Shown one piece after another: positions 1 to 12,827 of a stretch of 64,000 nucleotides of DNA; within the stretch, counting starts at the first letter, position 1, and every line of letters starts with the position of its first letter. This DNA is from Marsupella aquatica (lineage: Eukaryota > Plantae > Marchantiophyta). The notes below the pieces were generated by a model. It was not told the DNA's origin and made no database searches. It worked only from the letters and a program-made list of their open reading frames with translations. Made by a program: the position numbers and the translations under genes. Location of the stretch: contig OZ316895.1 in NCBI GenBank assembly GCA_973895155.1, positions 23,448,558-23,512,557 on the forward strand. Reading direction: 5' to 3'.

Positions 1-288
1 GCAACCATGACTTCACGGATTAAAAATAAACGCCGTACAAGACCATTGAACAAATTAAGCCGCATGGATGCATATGCTACAGTAACTGAAGAAATATAAA
101 TTCTATTAAAGGAAGGAAAAATTTGGATGACTGTCCGGGGATCAACACCACAACCAATCACGTGATTTCATATCCCACAAATTCCTTCCAAAGTTGTAAA
201 CAAACTTTGGCAAAGAGCCCAAACCAAAAGGATAGTTGTCTTCGGAGTGAAGGTTTGAGGTACCGAGTATATAAGTGGGAGTACATAC

Positions 289-3200
289 TCTTCCGAGCCA
301 TTCTGCAACATCGATTTCACACAGTGTGTTGCTGACTTGCGGGCGTGATCAACATGCTCAACTCTCTCTCTCCTGCCATATATCTAAAACGACCGATGGA
401 TGCACAGTAAGCTTTTTTATTGGAACTTGGACTGTACGCAAGACTGGAAGAGGAACCAGTAAATCCTACAGTAAGTGATCCTTCTGTACACGAGCCTTTC
501 TACTCCAGGGACTTCATCAATATGCTTTCAATGTATAGTTCGTCAGTGAGAACTAACCAACACCGAGGTATCATCCACTGGTCTGACTTTCCACATAACT
601 TCCACAACTTTTTATGGCATGCAATTTAAGATAAAGAGCTTAGAATAGTGGCGGCTGACTGCTACATATTGTGATTTATAAATAACCTCCAAGCTTGAAA
701 GAACTTCAACTGACCCGAAGTGGAAAAGCAGCTACATCTCCAATTGCAAAGATTCCAGGTGAACTTGTCCGGAACAGCCCATCCACCTAGAAATAAGAAA
801 AAGCTTCAAAGCAAGCATATACTTAGGGCTGCATAATCACATCCTGTCCCCTCAAATCGTTAAGTTCAACCCAAAAGTTAAACACATGCTCCCCAATTAA
901 GTCTCCTAGGAACCAGTCTTCGAAATGCATAGCAAATTGACCCATTTCTGGAGAATAGTTGGTTAGATGTTTTGAATTTCCCGTAAGATTACTGGGATTC
1001 TAGTTCAACTGGTTACAGCTATTCCTGATTTTTAATAAAAGTACTCAGTGAATATGAGAGGAATAAGGACAAAACCTCAATTGCTCCAAGAGCTTCCTTC
1101 AGTCCAGATTCCAACCAAGGGCCAGAAGCTGGTTTGGCTCCGATGCCCACAACAACCTGGATTCGCCACCATGAATCAATTAACGGAAAACTAAATCAGT
1201 GTCTCCAGACGGATGGAAGGAGCAGGGGAAGGGGCAAAGATTTTTCTTCTGAATGAGGGCTATCATCTGGAATTAAGAGGTATCACTCGAAAGCTTGGAG
1301 CAGTCTCCGTTAAAAGCCTATTGACACTTCAAGGCAGAATTCATTCTACCGTGCAGAATTCATTCTACCGTGTCTGGCCAAGTCATCAACAGATCAACAA
1401 GACGTACTTTCAGGAATTAAGAAGTGAGCAGAGGTTTTCTTTTTAGCATTATAAAGAAAACAAAAAATCTTTTGTATCATGAAACGATCTTATTCGTCCT
1501 GTGCTGAAATATACAAGCAAACAAGGACACAGTTTGTGATTTCTTTCACAAACGAGTTAATTTGAATTTCGTACTCACAGTATCAGCATCCAAAACTGTG
1601 CCATTTGCGAGTTCCACCTTTGCAACTCCACCATTGTCTCCAGGGATGAGCTTTGATACTGACGTTTCCTGGTAACCCCAAAATTTTCCATTGCTTCAAG
1701 ATTCCAAGGCTCATGGACGTGCTATAATGTGAACTCTGACAGTTGCTAGATTCGCTTCTCTCCAGGTAGTTTGATCTACAAAGCATCTGTATAACCTACG
1801 CATGTTTGTGTTGCTGATACAGTACTCAAGGGACCAAGGAAGGAAATAGACTGTTGATATTCCCTGAAGTTCACAAACCTTGACAATGTTTACTTCGTTC
1901 TTTTCCAGGAGCCCCTCGTACAATTTGGCGATGGTTGGAGTGAAAAGCCGAGGCATAACATGCTTCTCGGGAAACACAAGCTGCAGAAAAAAGGTATCCA
2001 TAAGTCGAAGCAAGAAACAACTAGAAATTCATTGCAAGCTTAGCTGTCCCCAACACGTCTACAGCAAGACCATGTCTGGCCAGGAGAACAGGCCAATACC
2101 GTTACATCCAACTTCCAAGCAGTAAGTGCGGCAGCTACTTCCAGTCCAATGTACCCTCCCCCTATGACCACCACCTTCTTCGCTGTTTTCTGCCAACCAG
2201 CGCATACGAAATGTGAGTTCAACAATGTCAAGAGGTCACAGGAGTATTTGAGATATTAAACTACCTTGTTGTAAGGATTTGTGTCCGAATTCTACAAAGT
2301 AATTTTCAAGCTTTTACTGACAAATAATTGATTCTAAAATGCTACTTCCCATTACTTGGCGTGGTGCCTTGGGCTCGACACGGAGCGTTCACAAACTTGT
2401 ACATTTCTGATTTAGACATTCAGGTTTCTTACCAACTACGAATCAAATTCGTGGTCCCATGAAGTGATATTTGCGGTTGTCGACTCTGTAGAGAGCATGA
2501 GATCAAGGTTTATTGTATGGAAATTAAAATGGGTAAGCCAATGTTGAAGATGGAACATACCAAACCAGTAAGTAACGAATCAGTATCTGCAACGTCACGG
2601 ATGTAGTAAACACCTGGAAGTATTCCTCCAATTTTTTCAGGCAACCTGCAGTACACAAGGAACATCCAACAACCCTTATCAGCCCAAGAAAGACACAGCC
2701 TGCATCTGCCATTTCTAAATTTGTAATGCATCAAGGTACTGTCATACTAGACCACCCATGTCCAATTAATTTGCAGTTTTGTTTGTTCCTATACGAATGG
2801 ATGAGGCTCCCTTGCTGAAGACTTACTTGGACGAGCCGCTGCCAGTAGCAATGATGAGTTTTTCGAATTTGATAGTGTCCCCCGAGGACGTTGTCAAGCT
2901 GTGCTCACCAATATTAAGTCCTGTTACAGTGGTGCCGTAGTGCACCTTCACCAAGCCCAGTCATTGCTTTCGGTCGCATTTGAATGAACTCAACCCTCGT
3001 TAAGTAATAGAAATCTAAATGTGCATTCAGTACGCAAATATAATCGACACTCCTGATCTGTTATTTGACTTTCACGGAGAATTAGATAAGATCTTCCGGC
3101 TCCGCTTCTCACAGGAACATAAGGTTTTCCGATCCTTACCTCAATTCCATGCTCCTTGTACCATTCTGGGGTTTGCCGCTCCCCTCCACCCCCTACACTG

Positions 3201-4409
3201 GTATGAAAGCCCTGATAAACATGGGCAACTCAGATTGAATTCAAACAAAACCCTAGATTCATATAGATCATGCAGTGAGAACTTTGAAGCCTCTTGTAAA
3301 CATCATTAGCTCTTCTTGTATACCTACGTCAGCTGAGGCTTGGAACAAGAGGGCAATTTAGTAAAGACTACTCGAGAACCATCATCGTAACCAACACACG
3401 GTCTACAAAAACACTCAGTTTAAACAAAACCTCTCATCTATTTGCAAGCATTCTTCCCTTACATTCAAGTCCAATCAAACACATTGTAAAGCCTATACTC
3501 CCGGAGCGGATTTCAGGAACAAGACAGTAAAGAGAGCTGGAGGAGACAAAACACATCAACTAATATATAAACCCAGCCAGATAATTCTAGACAACGTACC
3601 GGTAATCTTGGTGGGCTTTTGTCCAGAGGGAAAAGATACCCTTTGGTTAAGGTTGGGCGTTCATACGGAGCCACATTCTGCAGAGCAAAAGAACCATGCC
3701 AACAAATTCCATGAACTATTCAAATCTCATCAACGACAACATTACTCGGTCAATCAGCACACTCTCGAGGCCTTCACTAAATTTGCAGAGAGTCCCAGAG
3801 CTCAGCACAATACCTCTTTTCCAACGATGCAAACTTTGCCTTCAGCAATTCCATTCTCGACAAATGCCTTGGCTGCATATCCAGCAGCATTTCCTCCTCC
3901 CACGATAACATATCTGCAGATTGCGCGAACTAATTTGCTTGAAACTCCTTTAAAATTACAGTCTGAAACTCTGTTTGCGAGCCCACCACTTCGACTGACT
4001 AGACAACTGGTTTGTCCTACTTAACGGTTACATGCTGCTTGGCTTCCTTAATTGAATCGTGCACACAGATTTTGCAAGGGGAGTTGGAATAGTTGGAATC
4101 TGACATTATAGCTCACGACAGCACTGAAGTTCAAGAAGTTGAAGAGCTTCGTCTCAAGGGAGAAAAGGCCTTGATCCTAGCACAGACAAGCACGAACCAT
4201 CTAGACACAGTCGATTGCTACCGCACTCACTCTGTATTATTATTGATTTGAGCTGCTGCAGTAGTAACGAGCCGGAAGTTGCAAGCAGCCGGAGCTGCAA
4301 CCACACCTGACGAGGACGCCGAAAAGAGATCACTGACTGACGGGAAAGATCTCCCCACATACGAGCCTCCCAACATCATCGTCCCTCTCCTCAACCCCGC
4401 CACAGCCAT
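289..4409 (-). CDS. MDAR: Monodehydroascorbate reductase, plastid/mitochondrial type (MDAR6-like); 3' end lies beyond the left edge
   Basis: Exons 4409-4231, 3913-3814, 3677-3600, 3211-3140, 2945-2827, 2645-2561, 2189-2100, 1980-1879, 1668-1579, 1156-1076, 786-715 and 383-289, all GT-AG and phase-consistent. The translation has a Ser/Ala-rich transit-like N-terminus, then YVIVGGGNAAGYAA (FAD site), APYERPTLTKGYLFP, GFHTSVGGGGERQTPEWYKEHGIE, VVVIGGGYIGLE (NADH site), FAIGDVAAFP and RVEHVDHARKSA. Confidence 0.95.
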
Positions 4410-4962
4410 CCTGGAAAATAAAACTCCCCTTCCTCACTCCCTCTGCTGCTGCAGACATGAATCAAAATCAGACAAACATCCGAACATCCCAACATCCGAA
4501 ACATCAACCACACAATTCATTCTGCAGGAGTAAACTTGGTTTCGGTAGACACAAGAACTCACAACCAAAGCAACAGCTCTCCGAAGTGGGTATGGGTATT
4601 GATGGTTCCTCTTTCCTTCTTTCCCTCTGTCCACAATCTCTGTGTGCTCGCTTAGTGTTTGTCTCTGTGTTCTGCTGCTGATCTCTATGAAGTGGGTCTG
4701 AATGCTCTCAAGTGTCGTTCATGTCTGCGTGTACTAGAGGAGCAGCACTTTTGGAAGAACACCACCAAAAGAACTCCTGTACACCTGGTCATGGATATCG
4801 TTTGCCAAGTGGCTTCTTAGATCGCTTTCCTCGTGGCTTGCATTTTCAGACTCCTATCCTTATTTTTTCTCAGCTTGGGCCACTAAGAGCTCTTTCCTAA
4901 GGGGGAAATTGTGAGGTTTAGACTTGAGTAATTTTTTTTCTCCAGATTTCAAAGGTATAGGC

Positions 4963-5441
4963 AAGAAAATGAAAATCACAAGGTTTCACAAGATGCCTGG
5001 ATTGGAAGCCACAACACGCATAGACTCCTCTGGAACATTATGTTTTATTCAGATTCAGATGGCACCTTTCTTTTGTCCAAATGATCAAGAAAATGAAAAA
5101 TCACAAGGTTTGACAAGATGCCTGGATTGGGAGCCACAACTTGCATGGACTCCTCTGGAACATTATGTTTTATTCAGATGGCACCTTTCCTTTGTCCGAA
5201 TGGTCAAGAAAATGAAACTCACATGGTTTGACAAGATGCCTGGATTGGCAGCCACAACTAGCATGGGCTGCTCTGGAACATTATGTTTCATTCAGATGGC
5301 ACCTTTCCTTTGTCCGAATGGTCAAGAAAATGAAACTCACATGTTTTGACAAGATGCCTGGATTGGCAGCCACAACTAGCATGGACTGCTCTGGAACAGT
5401 ATGTTTTATTCAGATGGCACCTTTCTTTTGTCCGAATGGTC
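4963..5441. repeat. Tandem repeat, about 4 copies of a ~120-bp unit, upstream of MDAR
   Basis: The unit GAAAATGAAA..CACA.GGTTTGACAAGATGCCTGGATTGG.AGCCACAAC...CTCTGGAACATTATGTTTTATTCAGATGGCACCTTTC..TTGTCCGAATGGTCAA recurs at ~4966, 5090, 5209 and 5327. Confidence 0.9.
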
Positions 5442-6114
5442 ACCCTTTGGGCGTCAAAAGAGTGTTTGGTCCATTGGAGTTGTGAGGTCAAACATTGGAC
5501 TCCATCTTAGTTTAGAGATAGTCTTGCACTGGATCTCAGGTGTTCATTGCTTATTGGTTTGGTGGGTGAGGTAAACTAATATAACTTCCCTCATATATGC
5601 ATTTGGAAACCTGACACCCCCAATCTGCTTTGGTCCCTTATGAAGGTCACTGGCAACCCAAGGGCAATACACGAACACGGCCATGCACAGGTCAAGTGGT
5701 TTCTGTTATAGTATTGTAAAGAATTAAAGTTAATGATTGAAGAAGATTGAGTGTACGTAAAGTATACATTATTTTATCTCGGGGCCTTACTCAAAAGAGG
5801 GCCCTTATCACACAATTGTTTTTGGGGCATAAACATCCTAGGGTTTTACCCTATCTTTTCGGATTATTCTAGGAAATTTTCAAATTTTGTTCTGTTATCA
5901 GTATCTTTTCTTTAAATACTCAAAGTTGGACTTAAAATTTTATGTTGTTCTTCCACAAAAGTTTATAAGTCTTCCACCCAATAAAAAAGTCTATAATTAT
6001 TTGTTTGTGATGGGTCAGAAAATAATTGAGGAGTAACTTTGGGACATTTATTTATGAGTGTATAATTATTAGAGAGACCTTGGGGGTTCCACTTTCACAA
6101 AAATGACACATCAC

Positions 6115-6458
6115 TGTTAGATATTGCTCTAGTCTTGTGACTCATGAGCTAACCACAGTTAGTCTAACTCGGGTTAGGACTTAGCTAATGTTAGCGGTAG
6201 TGCTGTTGTGCATATAGCCAGGGCTGATGCCAGACCCTGGTGGAACTTAGGCTCATTGTTACGGAGCTAGTTGAGAGATAGGGAGAGCTTGTGCTGTGGA
6301 TGCTTGGTATGGCCGGTCGGCCTAGAGTGCAGTAAAGCTCTTGTGTGTTCCTATGGACGGAGCCTCATGTGGAGGTGAACCACGTATCTCTCTGTGTCGA
6401 CTATTGTGCGTTGGATGGTTCATGGGCTTGCCGTTGCGAATGTCGTCTATGCTCAACA
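6115..6458 (+). mobile_element. Solo LTR (344 bp) with 5-bp target-site duplication
   Basis: Starts TGTTAG and ends CAACA. It is flanked by ATCAC at 6110-6114 and 6459-6463, and is related to the inverted copy at 30197-30540. Confidence 0.85.
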
Positions 6459-6539
6459 ATCACATGCTACAAAGTATAGGGTCATTTGATTGGTCCTCAA
6501 TGAAGACTTAATTTTTTTTTGAGAAGAACAGTATAGTCT

Positions 6540-6725
6540 TTAAAATCCAATTTTGACACTTATAAGAACAAAAGAGCATTTTTTTAATCAAATTTTGGAA
6601 TATTCCAAGAAGAATATTCTTACTTTTAGGGGTAAAAAAATATTTTTTACATTATAGGGGGTCCAATGCCTACATCAACTGAAGGGGTGATGGGGACTGG
6701 CCTCCTACAGTGAGACCCCCAAGGT
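6540..6725 (+). repeat. Dispersed repeat, copy A (copy B at 30590-30785)
   Basis: Both sites share the blocks AAT(C/T)..ATTTTGA.ACT, GAGCAT.TTTTTAATCAAA..TTGGAATA.TCCAAGA and AGTGAGACCCCCAAG. Confidence 0.65.
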
Positions 6726-9095
6726 GAGGACTCAAATGGTACAAGCCAAACAAAAACATGTGATTACTTAATGAGCAATAATTAATGACAAACTTCTAAC
6801 TTGGGCTAAGGGCAACGATCCTTGGATGTGAATGGAAGGTCTCTAGCTCAAGTCCCACTAGGCATTTCACGAATCAATTGCAATTTAATTTATGGGGTCA
6901 CATGAGACATGTGGAACAACTCAAGCCTATCTTACCAGGTAAATAACAATCAAATACAAGTCATTGAAGGAGGTCCTAATTTCTATCATGTAAGAAACAA
7001 AGACAGAACCCTTAGTCATATGAGTAAATCAAAAACTAAATGATTACTAGCTAAAGTACTCAGCATTCTCAATACATAATTTTTCATAATGTCTTAATAT
7101 AGCGGCTGGCATTGAGTTTGCAAGTCAATATCATTCATGATTTACGGTCCTACTCATGTCGCTCCAACCTCCAACCCTTCCTCTCGAATTATTCCCATTA
7201 CGTATTATATTCCTCAAGTTCTTGTCCAAGTAGTTGGCTAGATTCAGTCCACGGTATTTCACGCTTCAAAAGAATTACTAGTGAATGAGACCCTAAGGAA
7301 TCATCACCGCTTTCCTTCTGCCAACATTTGTTTGCTTTTATGTCTCATTACTGCAAGGAAGCTGTCTATCTTAATTGTAAGAAGAGAAAAAGGTAAATTA
7401 AGGAAGCTAAAGGGAAAACCCAATTTTTTTTGAATATCATGTGTGATTTTTTTGAGGCTGCTATATGGCACGAACACCTTCTACCCTATTTTGTCTTATT
7501 AGCAGAATAAGTCTGAATTTTCTTTTAAATCTAGCCTAGTCTATCATTTCGCTTTGTATTGGTTTGAATTCAACAATTTTTCTAACCCCTTTAACTATTT
7601 CAAGTCCATGATTTTCATTTGATATGTTAGGTTTTACTATGATAGCTTATCATGTATGTGATGAGATTTTTATTCTCTCATTCGTTCTCTATGGCATGGC
7701 AAGGTTAGACTCACCAGAATGCACCAGTACAAAAACCAGCCATGCTAGGTTATATCTCCATTGGAGAAAAACTTTCCAACCCTTATGGTTTAGAGGTTAA
7801 TAGGTGTCACCTAAATAGTGAATCTCTCAATAGGGCCTAAATGTAAAGTACAAAGCTAGAGTACAAAGCTAGCATACTTCTATGTCAACCACAAAGTACT
7901 ATACCCCTAAGGTACTTTGACTTATAAATTATGTACTTGTCTTTCACCTAAAAAGTAAGGTAATTTCTTCACTTTAAAGGTGTGCATTTTTATTCCATTT
8001 ATTTCTTTGAATCACTATTTTAATATATTTGAATATGATGCTATAGCTGCTATTTGATAGACTATTTAAATTAATTGGTAGTTTACATAGGGTACCATTG
8101 ACATTATTGTCAATAAGTTAAAATATCTGTGTCTAGAACGAACATGCTATATGATCCTTGACTAAACTGAAACCTCCTAGTTTTCAAACAGAATATTTTA
8201 CGTTTTCAATATTCAAGCTTATGTATTTCTCCAAGTAAATGCATACATCCTTGACACTTTTGCTGTTTAGGCCCTCCCTAGCCTCCCTAATATGAAAGGA
8301 CCTTCTATGAGGGATAATCCTGAGTTTTGCATGCTTTCAAATTGAGTCCAACATTGGTGCTTTCAAGTCCAACCAATATAAGTCCAAAATAGAGTTGTCT
8401 CACCTTTTTAGTCCGGGAGTTGGCATGACATTGCCATCAATATTAGATTAGGATATTAGGAATTAGGAATTGTCCCTATATGTTGAGGAAGAATTAATTT
8501 AACAATTTGCTCTTGTTTTGTTCCACTATGATATCAGTGTCTCCGGACCTTTGAATGTGTTTATTGGGGTCTTTTTTGAGAAAACACTGAGAAACCATAA
8601 ATGATTGAAATAAGTTTTTGAAAGAAAAGCCATGTCTTCGACAGCACGATTGACAAGGTGTTCCTTGGAGTCAGACTGAACCCCCATAGACACAAACCAA
8701 ACATCCAATTCTATTACAAGTCTTAACAATATCTACAATTTGTCTACCAGTAAGCTCTTGATTTGTTGCACTTTGGTGCACATCCGAGTCTCCAGACCCA
8801 ACCCTTTTGATGCGCCAGGGGGGTGGGGGTGAGGGCTACTTCCAGAACTCCCAACCCTTTGTATCTATCTAATATAATGGAAGTTTTCCAAGTTTCTGAA
8901 AATTAGGTGATATAGGTGTATTTGGAATGAATTATGGAGATAAATTAGGGGATATCCTACTTTTCACTATTAATTTATGTGATATGGATCCCCCCTGAGT
9001 GGGGTGTGTCTTGGAAGACCTAAGCATTGCATCTAACACACCAGGTGCTAGGGTCATTCCTGGGGCTGCTGACCCTCCATTGTATTGTATCCACT

Positions 9096-11168
9096 CTAGC
9101 TCCTTAAAACTAACTGGCATTTTCCGTTCCCTCTCCATATGAGCAGACAGTTCCCGCTCCTGCTTCTTATCCACCATTTTCCGCTGCCCCTCTTAGCCGC
9201 CATTTTAGGCTCCCTCTCCTTAATTCTAGCCGCTATTTTCCGCTCATGCTCCTTACTCTTAGTAACAATCTGCTCATGCCTTGTTTTTCTCCTGAACGGT
9301 GAACATGTACTGAGGAACCACTGTCCACATATACTGAGGAAGGACCGTCTAGGGAAGAGGATATCGATGGCAGGGATCTTCACTACCCCAGCGAGCATTT
9401 GGACTACATCTCTCATAGAAGGGCGATTCCGAGGATTGATTTCAGTGCAGTGCAACCCAACCTTCAGCACCATCTCCATCTGTTTAGCGTCGTAGTCACC
9501 CTGTCGCTTATCTACAGTACTTAGCAAATTACCTTCACTATGAGCTCGACGGACCCAGGGCACAAGACCCACGTCCTTTGAAGCACCCGTCAGAACTCTT
9601 CGGCCACATGCAACCTCTAGGATCATGATACCATAAGCAAAGACATCGGCTTTGGCTGAGAATTGCTGTTCAGAGTATACTTCTGGAGCTATATAACCCG
9701 GGGTTCCAGCCATTTGGGTTGATACTGGTTTCCTTTTATGATCTACCAGTCGAGCAACGCCAAAGTCCCCTAGCTTTGCATTCCAGTCCTTGTCAAGTAA
9801 GATATTTGAACATTTTATGTCTCGATGAATGACTTGCTGCGTCAAGCCTTGGTGCAGATAGTCGAGGCCATCTGCAGCGCCCGCCAATATCTTGAACTTT
9901 TGCGGCCAAGACAGCGAAGTCGTTCCTTGCGTTGGCTTAAACAGGACGTCTTCTAGACTGCCATTGGGCATCAGATCATAAACAAGCATGTACTCCTTTC
10001 TGCGCGAATCAGCACAATATCCTCGAAGTTTGATCAAATTTCGGTGCCACACCTGGCTTATGATGACAACCTCACTCTTGAACGCCTTCTCACCGTGCCT
10101 CCGGGTGGCATCACGACTCATTCTCTTGATTGCCACTTGAATGCCAGACGTCAACGTTCCTTTATACACAACCCCAAATCCTCCTTTCCCTAGTATTAAC
10201 TCATCGCTGAAGCCTCTGGTGGACTCTCTCAACTCACCATACTTGTATTTCTGCGGGACTCCCGTTAAGTCAAGCGTTAAACCTTCTGCAGACAATAACA
10301 ACAAACAATTCATCACGAACAGCGGAACATCCATCCTCGGGATCTATAGCCATGGTCGATCAGTACTGAACTCAACTTATCTTCAAACTTCCCCCAGAAA
10401 ATTGTCGCTGGTTTAATAGTGTGATGTGATACTCATGGTTCCTCCCTTACACTTAGTTTATAGAGAATTTACTGTTGTGCATTTTACAATGTGCCATTGA
10501 GAATATTCTACCTTTACTGGGGTTTGGAATGAATCGACGAGATAACCTCTCAAATCAATGCCCAGCCATAGCCATGTGTTACAAATCTTGATATTGCAAC
10601 GAAAACAAGGCCACAGTTTTAGCTGATCGAATCCTAATTCCAGAACCACGGGCCAGGAGGATGGATCCAAGTCCGTTGCAGTCTCCAGAGAAGAAGCTGA
10701 AGGTCGGTATCCGATCAAGCGTACTTGGGGAGCATGACGATTCTCGGCTGTCTTCAACAAAACCTCAAAAGTGGGAGCTATCAAGACGGATCAGACAAAA
10801 GCGTGAGTTCAGGCAGGAGAATTTACAATCCTTGGGATCGAGCTAGAGACCAGCAAACTCACACACCCATACGAAATAAGAAAGACAAGCAGCGCCACAG
10901 CGTCTAGGTACGTCTGAGGCGCGCCCTAGAAAGTGGTCGTCACTGGAATGCAGTTCGAAGTTACTAATCCGAACTTGGTTTGTGTCCACTAAGATCACAA
11001 ATCTCGAATCCTTTGGACTACGGAGTTCAGACGTACGTTGTAAGGTCCCGTATTAAGTGAACATCCACACAGGTATGGCACGTTTTGGAATCAGCACGTG
11101 CACAAGTTCCAATCCACAGGCACAGGCAACGATAGGCACTCACCTTGTTTCGGAACCGGCACCTCCAT
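9096..11168 (-). CDS. Receptor-like cytoplasmic kinase, L-type lectin-RLK-like kinase domain without ectodomain (copy 1, ~404 aa)
   Basis: First coding segment 11168-11144 (ATG GAG GTG CCG GTT CCG AAA CAA G|gtgagt) splices in phase to ctgcag|AA GGT at 10285. Exon 10285-9096 encodes GKGGFG, VAIK, HRDIKCSNILL, DFG, GTPGYIAPE and DVFAYGIMILEVACGRR. There is an in-frame TGA upstream of the ATG, and no signal peptide or TM segment. Confidence 0.9.
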
Positions 11169-12204
11169 CTCGTTGCAATCTCTCAGCTGACTCGACAGTT
11201 CGGCGCTGTCTGTTCTCACAAGATCGCTACTGTAAACGTTAAACTCTACATAAAAACGCCCTCAGGCTCCTTTCCCTCGATCTCCGTCCTGGGATTCGAA
11301 GTCGAACTCACATTGCAACTAATTTCCGGCGTCCTGAGATTCGAAGTCGAACTCACATTGCATCTAATCTCCGGCCTCAATACATTCCAGTTGATCCGTC
11401 GCAATCACTGGAGAGATCGACAGCAGAAGTTAGGGTTCAAACCGAGCCTAGGATGTAGAAGGATTCGTCGGCCTGTGCTCAGTCGGAATTAAAAACACTA
11501 TGCCGTCAACTTGGGCACAACGTTGAGAGTACAAGGAAAGAATAAGCAATTCTAGAAGAGAGAGAATCTACTACATTCAGAAGTCCATCGAACGAACACA
11601 CATAGAAGCTGATAGCTGTGAAAGACGGAAACAATTGATCGAAACTCCGAAAAACACTTCTAGAAACAAGGAGAGTACGTACAGTAGGTTGCCATCCTCC
11701 AAAGCTTCTTAAGATCCTGCACAAGAAGATCTCTTACCAAACCTGTTTGAGATTGCCTTTCGTTCAGAACAATAGCATGACGAAGAGTTGCTGTGCGATT
11801 CAGACAATCGAAGCAACGATTTCAGACAATTTATGCCAGCCACACACGTGGTTGGAAACACCAGCCGAGGTTCCATTTCTGGAAGGATAGAGGCATGCGT
11901 GAACAGGCTGTTAGTGTGTTGACGCGTCCCAAGTGATGCTTGACTTCCGATCTATCGATGCAAGTTCTCGGCAGAGAGTGCGTCTGTTTTCGGTGACTGT
12001 TTCGCTCGGCCATACCTACTGCGGACGTCCATCTCTTTCTAGTCAGCTTCCCTCTGAAGATCGTTCTTCCGCATTCGTGTTCCTGAGGACGATCCATAGA
12101 AGATTGGAATGCCGGGACGCGAGACTCTAAAAAGCTCGTCTCGTCTTCCATCGATCCCTCGAAGTCGAATGCCAACTCAGAGTGACTGCGATCTGCACAG
12201 AAGT

Positions 12205-12285
12205 GCCCAACTCGTTGACAAAGTCTGTAAAAGGTCGGGAAAAAGTAGGGGAAAGGAGGGAGTCTTAATTATATAGTCAGTCCCC
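12205..12285 (-). promoter_or_regulatory. Putative core promoter of kinase copy 1 (TATA-like element with TGAC cores)
   Basis: Minus strand reads GGACTGACTATATAATTAA, with TATA at 12276-12265. A TTGACAA(A)GTC block lies at ~12215. Equivalent blocks occur at ~18993/19021-19040 and ~29070/29101-29118. Confidence 0.45.
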
Positions 12286-12429
12286 AGCACAGACCTGGAC
12301 TGTGTATAACTACAGTTGATTGATTCCGTGGATAAGTGCACAGTATGTCGTCGTCCCTCATTTTTTGGGTGTTTCTCTCACAGACAGCGGTTTTGATATA
12401 TAACACACGACCAAGCATATTTGGTTGCT

Positions 12430-12827
12430 TTTTGTTTATCCTTTTTTTTAAATCACCACTGGCCCCTCCGAATACTTCTCCCTTTTTCACCTCTAGGGTC
12501 AGACTTTGCTCCATAATTTCAGGAAAAAATGTAATAATAATGATGAAACTTGGTGGATCCAGGTTTTGTCATGCACAGTGGCGCTTTAAGGGGGGACCAG
12601 CCCATTGAATAGGATGCAAGGGGACAACAAGCACCCAAGCCAAAAGAAAGAAGGCGGGTGAGACACCCCTACAAACAACAACAACCACCTAGGCAGGCCA
12701 TGAGAGTCACAATAGCTACTGGAGGGTGGGCCTGAACTCAGAAATTACTAACCTTGTGCAACTGCTTCATAGTACTACCAACCTATTGTACGTAGTACTG
12801 TTGAGGGCAAATTGGAGAACCCTACTG
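12430..12827 (-). mobile_element. SINE-like insertion (~400 bp) with 7-bp target-site duplication
   Basis: Flanked by GGTTGCT at 12423-12429 and 12828-12834. It is absent from the paralogous site (~19175-19200, CAAGGATATTGGGCTGCTAAAACTAGC). On the minus strand it has a degenerate B-box (GAGTTCAGGCC, ~12740) and an A-rich tail at 12430-12450. Confidence 0.55.

Noticed and set aside
4924-5491. ORFs of 141, 85 and 67 aa, and a superficially CRISPR-like periodicity
   Set aside because: They are translations of a ~120-bp tandem repeat. There are no unique spacers or cas genes, and the context is eukaryotic.
9139-10416. Antisense ORFs over the kinases (also over COBRA and GAPA, e.g. 62791-63201)
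   Set aside because: They are shadow frames of real coding exons.
10300-11140. Possible decayed legume-lectin ectodomain upstream of the kinase exon
   Set aside because: No lectin motifs (such as AVEFDT, HVGID, WIDY) or TM helix were found by eye. The segment has a conserved donor and acceptor and indels among paralogs, so it behaves as an intron.
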